Below, in pieces: positions 9,105 to 17,791 of a stretch of 64,000 nucleotides of DNA (position 1 is its first letter; every line of letters begins with the position of its first letter). Both the position numbers and the translations under genes were made by a program. A model generated the notes under the pieces. It was not told the DNA's origin, did not search any database, and saw only the letters and a list, made by a program, of their open reading frames with translations. This DNA is from Bdellovibrionaceae bacterium UBA2339 (GTDB lineage: Bacteria > Bdellovibrionota > Bdellovibrionia > Bdellovibrionales > JAMPXM01). The stretch lies in contig DDUL01000047.1 in the NCBI GenBank assembly GCA_002344785.1, positions 2,247-66,246 on the forward strand. The letters run 5' to 3'.

Positions 9105-9911
9105 TCAAGGACGGGCTTTGAGGCGAAACACCCCAATGCGTTTCCATTGGAGCAACACATCTTCTTCGCGTGGCGAAGCGCCAAGATGGTGAATGACCAA
9201 GGGGCGGTGATCAGTGGTTCGTTGATCCGAGACCCAACCCATATGCGTCACCCCGCCGCCCAAATCCCAGGCGACAATATCGCAAGCGCGGTAGTCGGGT
9301 TCGGGCGTGAGGGCGAGGCGATGCTCATGCCGAGCGAAGAAGCGCATGAGATTGGGAACGCGACGATGATCGATGTTGGGATCAGGGGACGAGGACCACC
9401 AAATCTGCGGATAGGCTTCGAAGCTCTCGCGCATGTCGGCGTGAACCTCCATTTGTAAATCGCGATCGAGGGCGCGAAGGCCTCGTACAATGAGGTCTGA
9501 GCAAACGCCGCGATCCAACGGCACATCGCCGCCGGGGTAGGCGAGCTTGCTGTAGGAGGCGTCGTAGGCTTTGACTTGCTCGGTGAGGGCTCTCGCTCGC
9601 TGTAGAATTCTCTGACAGCTTTCCATGGAAAGGCTCACCGAGGCCTTCGACTCAATGCTCTCATTGACGAAGCTTTGGATCCATTGGGCCCGACGCGCTG
9701 ATGGTGAGTGTTTCGCGCGAACGATCGACCAAATCGTTGCACCGGCCTGGAGCAAGCCGATGAGGATCAAAACGTAGAGACCAATTTTGAGACGAGTGCG
9801 TAGATAACTTCCGACTTGATCCGGGCGCATGGGATTCATTGTTGATGAGCTGGACTGAAAATGTCGAGATGAATTGCGGGTCAGGTTAAGTGATTGCGGG
9901 CGGTTGCCCAC
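9105..9911 (-). CDS. DUF1287 domain-containing protein, membrane-anchored
   Basis: Blocks typical of DUF1287: YPGGDVPLDRGVCSDLIVRGLR, DLQMEVHADM, YPQIW, PDPNIDHRRVPNLMRFF, CDIVAW, THMGWVS, VIHHLG. The likely start is 9839 (MNPMRP...), followed by a TM helix (IGLYVLILIGLLQAGATIW). Confidence 0.7.
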   Translation of the reverse strand: MGNRPQSLNLTRNSSRHFQSSSSTMNPMRPDQVGSYLRTRLKIGLYVLILIGLLQAGATIWSIVRAKHSPSARRAQWIQSFVNESIESKASVSLSMESCQRILQRARALTEQVKAYDASYSKLAYPGGDVPLDRGVCSDLIVRGLRALDRDLQMEVHADMRESFEAYPQIWWSSSPDPNIDHRRVPNLMRFFARHEHRLALTPEPDYRACDIVAWDLGGGVTHMGWVSDQRTTDHRPLVIHHLGASPREEDVLLQWKRIGVFRLKARP

Positions 9912-9926
9912 CGTGCTTGACCGACT

Positions 9927-10829
9927 TTGCTTTGTCGCATTCTACTTGAGGTGCTCATCTCGAACAGCTTGCTGAGATCCTCAATGCTTGAGCTCGCTTC
10001 AGGAGCCACAATGAACACAAGGGTTTGGCCACTCAACTTGTTCCGCCTGTTGCGAGTCGTATCGCTGAGTCTGGTCGTAGTCTCAGCATTTCCCGAAGGG
10101 GCGGTGGCCTGTGAATGCAGTGAGAAGGTGTGGAATGAGCTGCGCACGGCGCCGGAGAAGGCGCGGATCGCGGCTTTGGTCCGCCGTCGCTCAGCGGAAC
10201 TGAGTTTGACTTCGCCCGGTGCTGTGAAATCAAACGAACCCGCCAAAGGCCAGCGAAGCGGCGGCGCAAAGCCTAGCGGATCTGACGGAGTCGTGCCGCT
10301 CGAGGTGATTCCGCTCAATGCCACGCCCCTGACGAGCTATAGGAGGAGTGGATCTTCCTGTGACGTCGAAATTTCCGAAGGACGTCAGTGGTGGCTCTTG
10401 TTGTCTCAGAATGAGCCAAACGATGCGCTGAAGAGCTGTCGCACTTTGGTATTCCCGATCGAGCGCGCCGGGGAATTGATTGATCGTTTGGCCAAGCAGA
10501 TCCCCAGCACGCCTTTACCCAACCCGGCTTGGTTGATTTGCAATGAAACCACCGACTGCGCCATGAGCCCTGAGTCAGGCTGCATAGGTCGCCTCAGTGT
10601 CAATCGTCGACATTTGGACCTCGTCCAGCAGTGGCGCAAAAAAGTCGAGCCGATGATTTCATGTCCATCACCCGCGGCTCGTCAGGCCAATGCCCAGCAA
10701 AAGCCCGGACAAAAACCCGGACAACAACCAGGACAAAAACCAGGACAACAAGCATCAGGACAAACAGGCCCATCGACGGGCGAAGAAGTTTTGGGCGAGC
10801 CTCGCTGCGTGAATCAACTTTGTCAGTAA
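9927..10829 (+). CDS. Secreted 10-Cys protein, TIMP/NTR-like N-terminus (paralog 1)
   Basis: The likely start is ATG 10011, with AGGAG 6 nt upstream. The signal peptide MNTRVWPLNLFRLLRVVSLSLVVVSAFPEGAVA is followed directly by CECSEKVW. Ten Cys sit at positions conserved in 11390..12049 and 17792..18505. A PGQK/PGQQ repeat linker precedes the terminal C-x-x-x-C. Confidence 0.5.
   Translation: MLCRILLEVLISNSLLRSSMLELASGATMNTRVWPLNLFRLLRVVSLSLVVVSAFPEGAVACECSEKVWNELRTAPEKARIAALVRRRSAELSLTSPGAVKSNEPAKGQRSGGAKPSGSDGVVPLEVIPLNATPLTSYRRSGSSCDVEISEGRQWWLLLSQNEPNDALKSCRTLVFPIERAGELIDRLAKQIPSTPLPNPAWLICNETTDCAMSPESGCIGRLSVNRRHLDLVQQWRKKVEPMISCPSPAARQANAQQKPGQKPGQQPGQKPGQQASGQTGPSTGEEVLGEPRCVNQLCQ
10704..10766 (+). 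repeat. 12-bp tandem repeat (about 5 units) encoding (PGQ[KQ])n inside paralog 1
   Basis: cccggacaaaaa / cccggacaacaa / ccaggacaaaaa / ccaggacaacaa, plus a degenerate fifth unit. Confidence 0.85.
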
Positions 10830-10924
10830 GGACTGTCACTGAATTGAGAAATTCATTTTTCTTAGAGAGTGCGAAGCCCACGGGCGAAGCATAAGGTCTA
10901 CACAAGGAAGAGGAGAAGGCGAAG

Positions 10925-11359
10925 ATGTTCTACTTCAAAACGACGTTGCTCCTGGCGGCTATGGGTTGTGTCATTCTCTTGGGTTTGAGTTTTGCCTGGA
11001 ATCTCATGGCCGCACTTCAGGCGCCCTACGTATGGAAAGCCAAGGGGCAAGTGGTCGAGATCTTGCCGCCACCTGCGGGTGACGCCGATCGAGTTCCTCC
11101 CAGCGGCTCGCAAGTTGTCGTCGAGTTCACGGACGCGGTGACCGGACAATTAAAGCGCGAAGCATTCAATCAGTTTAACTCGGGTGGAGCCACCGTCTTT
11201 CACAATCGAAATGTCGGCGACACCGTAGAATTTGAATTGCGCAGCGATTCTCCCGTTCCGGGCGCTGAGAAGACCCACGCATGGGGCGACGTCGGTAAAG
11301 TTGCGTTGATTTTTGGCGGGTCCATCGCAGGAATTGGCGCACTAATTTTATTGTTTTGA
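10925..11359 (+). CDS. Small two-TM membrane protein (DUF3592-like topology)
   Basis: 144 aa with an N-terminal TM (LLLAAMGCVILLGLSF), a central soluble beta-rich segment and a C-terminal TM (VALIFGGSIAGIGALILLF). A GGAGAAGG-type SD lies upstream. Confidence 0.4.
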   Translation: MFYFKTTLLLAAMGCVILLGLSFAWNLMAALQAPYVWKAKGQVVEILPPPAGDADRVPPSGSQVVVEFTDAVTGQLKREAFNQFNSGGATVFHNRNVGDTVEFELRSDSPVPGAEKTHAWGDVGKVALIFGGSIAGIGALILLF

Positions 11360-11389
11360 AGGGCTCACGCTCATTTCAAGTCGGGAGAC

Positions 11390-12049
11390 ATGATGCGAAG
11401 ATTGAAAGTGATCGAAGGGATTTCGTTGCGACGATGCGCGATCGTCGCGGGCTCAGCAATGTTGAGCCTACTGATTTCTGTGAACTCGGCCGAGGCCTGC
11501 TCTTGTGTGGCTGGCATTCATGAGCGTTTGATGAACAATCTCGAGCAAGTGAAGGTCGCGGCTCTTGTTCGCGCACCGACCCACGTTGTCCAAGCCGATG
11601 GCAAAATCGCGGTTGATGTGAAGAGCTTCAATGGTTTTCACTTTTCAAGTGTTGGGCCGTCGAAGTCCACCTGCCACATCGTGCCCCAAGAGGGGCGATG
11701 GATGATCGTCATTTCTGAATCGAATCCGGAGACGGGCTTCATTTCGTGCTCCACCTATAGTGAGACCTTGAATGTGAAGTCGGAAGCTCTGCAAAAACTA
11801 GCCAAGCTCTGGACGCACGGATCTTCGCCCAATCCGATTTGGTCGGTCTGCGAGAAGGATGCGGAGTGCGTGATGCAACCCGCGACCACGTGCTTGGGTG
11901 CGCTGGCGGTGAATCGCAAGAGTCAAACTCAAGCGAAGAACTGGCGAACAACTTTTGAGCGCGAGTCGAGCTGTGAGGCGACGGCTAACACGAAAAAGGA
12001 TGCGAAGCTCAGTGCGTTTTGTGATGCAGGAGTCTGCGCGCTCAAGTGA
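11390..12049 (+). CDS. Secreted 10-Cys protein, TIMP/NTR-like N-terminus (paralog 2)
   Basis: The signal peptide ends ...LLISVNSAEA and is followed by CSCVAGIH. Family blocks are conserved: STCH..EGRWMIVISES, ISCSTY...ALQKLAKLW, NPIWSVCEKDAECV, TTCLGALAVNRK, W(R)...SSC, and C-terminal FCDAGVC. Confidence 0.5.
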   Translation: MMRRLKVIEGISLRRCAIVAGSAMLSLLISVNSAEACSCVAGIHERLMNNLEQVKVAALVRAPTHVVQADGKIAVDVKSFNGFHFSSVGPSKSTCHIVPQEGRWMIVISESNPETGFISCSTYSETLNVKSEALQKLAKLWTHGSSPNPIWSVCEKDAECVMQPATTCLGALAVNRKSQTQAKNWRTTFERESSCEATANTKKDAKLSAFCDAGVCALK

Positions 12050-12082
12050 TTTGTCGGCAGGGCATGTGAATTCGCGGAGGGC

Positions 12083-15000
12083 TCAATACCCGTTGTTCGG
12101 ATAGCCGTAGATGGTGATCCCAGCGGGCCCCGCGCCGGCCGAGTACACACAAGTGCGGCCGCTATAGTCTCCATGGCCTTGATAGTAGCCAAAGTTGGGT
12201 GAGTACAAACAGTGTTCGTTGGCATGACAAAGACCATCGTCATTGCCAATTCCATCGTCGAGAATTTCAGCCGCATTGAAGAGGTAGAGCTGGGATGAGT
12301 TATCCATGCCGCTGAGTGTGCCGCTCACGGCCGCGGGGCAAGCTGCGCCCACCGTGAAAGTGCCGTTGGGATTTGTGGCGTCGCCACTGTGATTGCGAAC
12401 CTTGCCGGCTGTGGACTTAAGACTCCAGTCATAGATGCCGCCAGAGCCGGAGTTGAACGCATTTGTCAGACTCGCGTTGGCGGTGAAGTTCGTGGCGAAG
12501 GTTGTGAGAACGCGTGCGAAGTTCTCAAAATTGATGAAGTCCATACTCGCATAATAGCTCAAGCCCGTTGCGCCATTTGTGGCGGCGTTGGTCGTGGTGT
12601 TCAATGAGTCATTGGTGTTGCCAACAAAGTCGCTTTCGATCGCCATGTAGGCGGCGAAGTTACCGCCTTGGGCGTTACAGTTGGTGGCTCCGTTCCAGTC
12701 GCAAGCATTGGTGTTTTTGACTAAATGCGTGCCTTGGCTGGTGAGACTGACGCTGGTGCCACCCCAGATGGGATTGATGTTCGTAGCGACTCCAGCAAAT
12801 TGCGAAAGCCTAAGATCTGTCGCAACATCATTAATGCCAACGTCTATTCCCCACTCCGCATTGGCGACGAGAAATTGGTGCAACTGCGTTCCGGAAGAAG
12901 GGTTGAGAATCGAAGCGCCGCTAAAGTACGCTCCGATTACAGTGACGTGTGAAACCTTGAGTCCTGTGCCGTCCGTGACGTAAATTCCATTTCCATCTGT
13001 GCTGCCATCGCCGGCTCCCGAGATGACACCGCGATAAACCAAGTTGCTCGACGCGTTTTGGTCTTGCCAGATTCCGTTGGTCACGTTGTTGATGTTGAAG
13101 TTCGTAATGGCGTTGCCGGTAACTGGGTTTGTGCCGATCAGTTCAATGCCGGAGTCAAATCTCGAAATTCGCACTTCGGAAACGCGATTGTAACTGGTCG
13201 GTCCGCCCGTGCCCTCTAGCGAGAGGCCAATTGAGGCTGTGCCTCGAATGCCATCCCAGTTTGATTTGTAGAGGACATTGAACGTGGAGTCTTTAAGGTA
13301 GCTGCCTTCGCGTGTGCCGATAAAAGTGGTGCCCGCAAGAATGGAATTTCGCACACCTCTCCAGTCCGAGGCCATCCAAGTGTTCGAGGCCACGTCCACG
13401 AGAAACTTAGAGAGCATCACCCGCAAAAAGCTGGAGCTCACGGCATTGATCAGCGTGCCGGACGTCACCGACGCGACGTTCACGTCAGCCTCGATCCAAG
13501 TGTAGTTTCGACTGCCCATGCAGAATACGGAGATCACCGTTGGTGATGTGGTACTTCCTGTGGAGGGATTGCAGTTCGCGGAAGCGCCCGCGGCTAGGTT
13601 GATGCTGGCGCCGGCGGCAGTGACCACCGACACATTGTGTGCGGCGATGTTGTAGCCCTGATTCGTGCCCGACAAATTGATGTTGGTGGCCGTCGCGTAG
13701 ATTGCGGTGGTTGAGTTAAGTGTTGCGCCTGTGGTCGGGAGAGCCATCACCACGTTGGACCACCACACAGCTGGACTTGATTGCGCGACCGTCACGCCAC
13801 TTTTGACAACAGTGATGGAGTTGGTCTTCCACTGTGGGCTTCCCGAAAAGTCGATGAGTTGCCGAAGCGGTGAAGTGACATTCATTTTGCTTGTGCGAAG
13901 GATCACCGTGGGCGCCATGCTGGTGTCGTCACAAACCCAAGTGAAGGCATTGAGGGTATCGGTCGCGGTCACGCCTGCACAGCTTCCTAAGCCTAAAGCG
14001 AAATCCACGCGACGAAACTCACCAGCGTGAATGCAGCTCGTGGCTCCCGACTCCGCCATGCCACCGCAGTTCGTGGGCGCCGCGTAGGTCGAGGCCGCTT
14101 GAACATAGTCCGTCCATGCGGACTTTCCGGTGTAGAGAGCGCCGACTGTGACGCTGCCGACAACTGAGTTGGTCGAAAAGCTTCGCGTTGCGGATTGCGC
14201 GACACCATTGGCGGTCGCGCTGAGGTTGAGCTGACCACTCGAAGTTCCCACCGTCGAAGGCGTGTAGCGCACCACAACCGTGCAGCTGGCCTGCGGCGCG
14301 AGGCTTGTGCCACAGGTGGTGGATTGCACCGAAAACTCAGTGCCTGTCGAACTCGCGGCAAAACCTGAGAGCGAGTACACGCTGCTCAGATTGGAAACGG
14401 TGAAGCTCGTGTCGGAGAATGTGCCAAAGGCGACGTTCGGCACCAGCGTCGGTGACGATACTTGAATCAAGCCGGTCGAGCCCGGAGCGCTCAAGAAGTT
14501 GCACGAGTTGATTTTGGTCGTGTCATCTAAGGCCGAGTTCGCTGTGATCTCGACATTGTTTTCACCGGGCGCAATATCCAAAGTTCGTTGCCCGATGAGA
14601 TAGGGCATGGAGTACTGCGACCAAGTCAGGCTGGGATGTCCCTCCGAGCTGATCGCAAATTTTTCGCACTGACCGCTCACGAGCTTTAAGCCTGCGACAT
14701 AGAAGCGCATGCTTTTTCCTGCTGGCACTTCCAAGGTCGCAGTCGATCCTGCGGCAAACGTCCCAACGAGCTGTCCAAAGCGCATGATTTCCGTGTTCTG
14801 TGTGTTTTGGCAGGCGTTGTTCGAAAGCTCAGGGCTACTGCCGCCGACGAAGACGGCATAGCAGCCGATCTCACTGAGATTCGCAGGAGTGGCCGAGTTC
14901 CAGTTTGGCTCGCTCAGGCTCTGCGCCTGCACACTCAAGGACTTTTCGACCTGAGAAGCCGAAGCGCCAAAGATCGAGTGATCGGGCGAGCCCACGGGGC

Positions 15001-15229
15001 TGGATTTGCTATTCGAACTTTTCGTGGTGCTGCCGTTGATTTGGCCTGGAAACTGAATCGTCAGTCGGCCTGTGTCTTCTTTCTTCGCGGTACAGCCGAG
15101 AGATCCGCCCAGCCCGATGAGGCTAGTCAAAACCCAAACCGTCGGCGCGAGGCCTCGCACTCCGGCACGTGTGCGGAGTTTGTTCCGAGCAAGTGAACGG
15201 ATGAGTTGTTGAATGCGAATGACCAACAA
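12083..15229 (-). CDS. Large surface lipoprotein with an Ig-like (choice-of-anchor-D/HYDIN-like) module and a right-handed beta-helix-like repeat region
   Basis: 1048 aa with a lipobox (LIGLGGSLGC). The segment FTVSNLSSVYSLSGFAASSTGTEFSVQSTTCGTSLAPQASCTVVVRYTPSTVGTSSGQLNL matches the 'C-x-x-x-L-x-x-x-x-x-C-x-h-x-h-x-F-x-P' pattern of choice-of-anchor-D domains. A long Asn/Gly/Thr/Ser-rich periodic region follows, typical of pectate-lyase-fold beta-helices. The tail is Cys/Tyr/Gly-rich. Confidence 0.5.
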   Translation of the reverse strand: MLVIRIQQLIRSLARNKLRTRAGVRGLAPTVWVLTSLIGLGGSLGCTAKKEDTGRLTIQFPGQINGSTTKSSNSKSSPVGSPDHSIFGASASQVEKSLSVQAQSLSEPNWNSATPANLSEIGCYAVFVGGSSPELSNNACQNTQNTEIMRFGQLVGTFAAGSTATLEVPAGKSMRFYVAGLKLVSGQCEKFAISSEGHPSLTWSQYSMPYLIGQRTLDIAPGENNVEITANSALDDTTKINSCNFLSAPGSTGLIQVSSPTLVPNVAFGTFSDTSFTVSNLSSVYSLSGFAASSTGTEFSVQSTTCGTSLAPQASCTVVVRYTPSTVGTSSGQLNLSATANGVAQSATRSFSTNSVVGSVTVGALYTGKSAWTDYVQAASTYAAPTNCGGMAESGATSCIHAGEFRRVDFALGLGSCAGVTATDTLNAFTWVCDDTSMAPTVILRTSKMNVTSPLRQLIDFSGSPQWKTNSITVVKSGVTVAQSSPAVWWSNVVMALPTTGATLNSTTAIYATATNINLSGTNQGYNIAAHNVSVVTAAGASINLAAGASANCNPSTGSTTSPTVISVFCMGSRNYTWIEADVNVASVTSGTLINAVSSSFLRVMLSKFLVDVASNTWMASDWRGVRNSILAGTTFIGTREGSYLKDSTFNVLYKSNWDGIRGTASIGLSLEGTGGPTSYNRVSEVRISRFDSGIELIGTNPVTGNAITNFNINNVTNGIWQDQNASSNLVYRGVISGAGDGSTDGNGIYVTDGTGLKVSHVTVIGAYFSGASILNPSSGTQLHQFLVANAEWGIDVGINDVATDLRLSQFAGVATNINPIWGGTSVSLTSQGTHLVKNTNACDWNGATNCNAQGGNFAAYMAIESDFVGNTNDSLNTTTNAATNGATGLSYYASMDFINFENFARVLTTFATNFTANASLTNAFNSGSGGIYDWSLKSTAGKVRNHSGDATNPNGTFTVGAACPAAVSGTLSGMDNSSQLYLFNAAEILDDGIGNDDGLCHANEHCLYSPNFGYYQGHGDYSGRTCVYSAGAGPAGITIYGYPNNGY

Positions 15230-15552
15230 GCGACTTTCTCCCGATTTGAGCTAACGTACTTAGGTCCAAAAGCTTTATCGGCAGGTCGAGTCGAGTTGAA
15301 GAGTCACAAAATGAGACGAAGCGAATATTGTGAAAAACGCGATTGAGGCGAAGGCATCAACTCGCAAATCTGTTTCAAATTGATTCAAGATCTTCAAGAA
15401 CTCGTGGATGCAGACATTCGACTTGTGTTGGCGTGAAATTCATTCGCTCCAAGCCGTTGAATTTGGCGGTGATCTCGACTCAGGCCTTTGCATGTGGCAA
15501 ACATGCCCCCTGACTTCTCAATCCATAAATACAAAACTGCGGAGCGGCTTCT

Positions 15553-16035
15553 ATGCGGCGTATTCAACTCAAGATTCTTCGTTCGACTTCCACTGTGTGG
15601 CTTTTCACTTTGTTGATCATGGTACTTGTCGGTCAGCCTCGCGAGGCGACGGCAACAGCCACAGCCACTTCAGCGGTCACAACCGCAGCGAGCTCGCCCC
15701 TGCAGGCGGTGACGCAATCCCAGAGTTACCGAGAACTCTGGGATTCCATGTCGCAAATGGCGGCGCTGGATCAGAGACTTTTGAATTGGTCGGACTTAGT
15801 TGAAGAGCGACAAGCGGATGGCAAAGTGTCGATCCGCTTGAGCTTCATTGCTGTACGTCACTTTCGACCTGGTCACTCCGCTCCGCCGATGTGGAGAAGC
15901 TCGCAGCTTGGTGCAGAAGTCGGCTGGTTTGATGCGATTCGATCTTATGGTGAAGTTCGCGCTTTGGTTATGTTCGACGAATCCCAGTCAGGTTGGATTT
16001 TGATCGACTTTCACTACCGACCCTCGCTTCGCTAA
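15553..16035 (+). CDS. Hypothetical exported protein
   Basis: 160 aa with GGAG 8 nt upstream. It has an N-terminal hydrophobic segment (VWLFTLLIMVLVG) and an (AT)n linker. I recognise no motif. Confidence 0.4.
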   Translation: MRRIQLKILRSTSTVWLFTLLIMVLVGQPREATATATATSAVTTAASSPLQAVTQSQSYRELWDSMSQMAALDQRLLNWSDLVEERQADGKVSIRLSFIAVRHFRPGHSAPPMWRSSQLGAEVGWFDAIRSYGEVRALVMFDESQSGWILIDFHYRPSLR

Positions 16036-16112
16036 ACCAAACACTCAGCTGAGCATGGCTTTCCCCAAGCTTTGAGTTAATCGCGATATAAGTTTGAGTT
16101 CCAGTCAGAGAC

Positions 16113-16144
16113 AAAACGCGCCCGACCAGGGGCGCGTTTTTTTA
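16113..16144. terminator. Rho-independent terminator (bidirectional architecture)
   Basis: AAAACGCGCCC-GACCA-GGGGCGCGTTTTTTT has an A-run on the 5' side and a T-run on the 3' side. It lies about 80 nt after the stop at 16035. Confidence 0.7.
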
Positions 16145-16563
16145 TGCTCATCACTCATCTTAGAGAAACGGCAGAGCTAATGAGGGGTCGCGACACTCAG
16201 AATGCGTGTCGCACCCAGTTCTCGAACTGGCATCGAACTTGAACTCTCTCAATCTCGATGAGTGCGGTGATCGTCGCCGCCTGAAGGAGGACGTCGAACA
16301 AAAGTCGAAACGTGTTTGCGTTGTGAGTTCGAAACATGAGTCGAGTGATTTGGGTCTCGAGGCAAATCGAGACATGCGACATAAGGAGGTTATTCGAATG
16401 TCCACATTTTCGAGATCCAGGCTGCGCGGCTCACCGACATGGTCCCGACTGAGAGAGTTAGGAAGGAGTGTCACAAACCCAAGCGCAGTTCACGGCGCGC
16501 CCACTGGCACAACGACTGGTGTAATCCGGGGCATTCGCAAATCCTTGCCTCAGGTGGCGGGCC

Positions 16564-17700
16564 TTGACCCGCCCTCAGAACTTGGGCGCTGGCACGCGGC
16601 GAAACTCAGCCTCGTGTGAACAGCAATTTAGGGACTTTGACAGAAAACTCACAGAGTCTCTCCAGTGCCTCGTTGCACGCTCGGCCCGAGTCATTTATGA
16701 CTCGGGCCTTGTTTTTCGGGGGGACCTCATGCGCATTCACAACGGATCCGACTCAACTCTTTCGCTGAGCTTAAAGTTCGCTCTGTGCCTCAGTCTGCTG
16801 ACGTTGGCGGTCCCGGCTCGCTCTCAGACTCAGGCCGAAGCGCCGGCGGCGACCAGCTCGACGCGAGCTTCGGAGTTTGTCGGGCAAAAAAAGTTTGAAG
16901 AAACACAAACGATCAGTGATGCGAAACTCAAAGCAGATGGAGGCTCGCTCTCAAGGTTCTCCATGAAGGGAAGCCTCTCTTACTTTGGACCGACATTTGG
17001 AGATTTGTCGGCTGCGGATCAGCCCAATCCCGATGGTGGTGTCGGTGTCTACGCGCAAGCCGTGCGTGGCAGTGTGAGCGGTCGCTATCGATTCTCGTCG
17101 GACTCGGCCATGAGTGCGGGCACAGGCGTCGCATTTCTCAAGCCCTTTCATGGTTGGGAGCGTACCGACGTCAACAATCCCTTTGTGAGCTATGATTTCA
17201 ATTCGCGATGGGCGGGGATTCAAGCACGCAATTCTCTGGGCGCGTCCGTGACGACAGTGCCGAACTATCGCAACACCGGTCAGGTGGGTGGGCTCAACGC
17301 CGGCCAGAGTTTTGTTTATCGCTTGATGGGCTCGGGATGGGCATTGAGTTTCGACTATGATCTTTCCTACTGGATCTTTGAGCGAAGCTATCGACCCGGT
17401 TCAACTCGTCGAGGCGGCGACGGCTTGGTGTCTCAGTGGACGATGTCTTGGATTCCGGGCGTGAAGTACAACTTTTCCGATAAGCTCAATGTCAACGCCA
17501 CAGTTGGATTCTTAGCCTACAACCCGCGCTCGACCACGGACTTGGGTGTGATTTGGAGTCGCACGCCGACATTGCGCCTTGGGGCGGGCTACGCTTTGAC
17601 TCGCGATGTGTACTTGAACCCCTACATTCAAGGCTTCGCGACCAACATGCGGGCGGAAATGGTGACGATGAATGTTTCGGGAGTGTTTTCCGTTCTTTGA
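16564..17700 (+). CDS. Outer-membrane beta-barrel-like protein of unknown function
   Basis: The track ORF is probably over-extended. The likely start is ATG 16729 (MRIHNGSDSTLSLSLKFALCLSLLTLAVPARSQTQA, a signal peptide). The mature part shows alternating hydrophobic/polar beta-strand periodicity with many Tyr/Gly/Ser/Asn. Confidence 0.45.
   Translation: MTRPQNLGAGTRRNSASCEQQFRDFDRKLTESLQCLVARSARVIYDSGLVFRGDLMRIHNGSDSTLSLSLKFALCLSLLTLAVPARSQTQAEAPAATSSTRASEFVGQKKFEETQTISDAKLKADGGSLSRFSMKGSLSYFGPTFGDLSAADQPNPDGGVGVYAQAVRGSVSGRYRFSSDSAMSAGTGVAFLKPFHGWERTDVNNPFVSYDFNSRWAGIQARNSLGASVTTVPNYRNTGQVGGLNAGQSFVYRLMGSGWALSFDYDLSYWIFERSYRPGSTRRGGDGLVSQWTMSWIPGVKYNFSDKLNVNATVGFLAYNPRSTTDLGVIWSRTPTLRLGAGYALTRDVYLNPYIQGFATNMRAEMVTMNVSGVFSVL
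16683..16716 (+). terminator. Intrinsic terminator/attenuator hairpin abutting the RBS of the next gene
   Basis: GGCCCGAGTCA-TTTA-TGACTCGGGCC (perfect 11-bp stem) is followed by TTGTTTTT. The SD-like GGGGGGA starts 2 nt later (16718) and the ATG is at 16729. Confidence 0.6.
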
Positions 17701-17791
17701 TTGAGTTCAGTGCGAAATCCTCGCTCTTCACGTCAAAGCCCCAGCAAAAAAACAGTGGTCAAAGCTCAAAGCATGGTTTGAGCTTAAGGCC

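Noticed and set aside
12389-15196. Several 60-130-aa plus-strand ORFs inside the beta-helix lipoprotein gene, and similar small ORFs inside other long genes
   Set aside because: They overlap a continuous 1048-codon ORF with coherent domain structure, lack SD sequences and have arbitrary composition.
16440-16680. Cobalamin, TPP or c-di-GMP-I riboswitch assignment for the OMP leader
   Set aside because: There are only fragmentary resemblances (GGUGUAAUCCGGGGC, CUGAGA, CGCAAAUCC). I could not assemble the B12 box, the TPP ACCUGAUCUGGAUAAUGCCAGCG block or the GEMM GNRA/receptor layout. I keep it as an unclassified leader in the findings.
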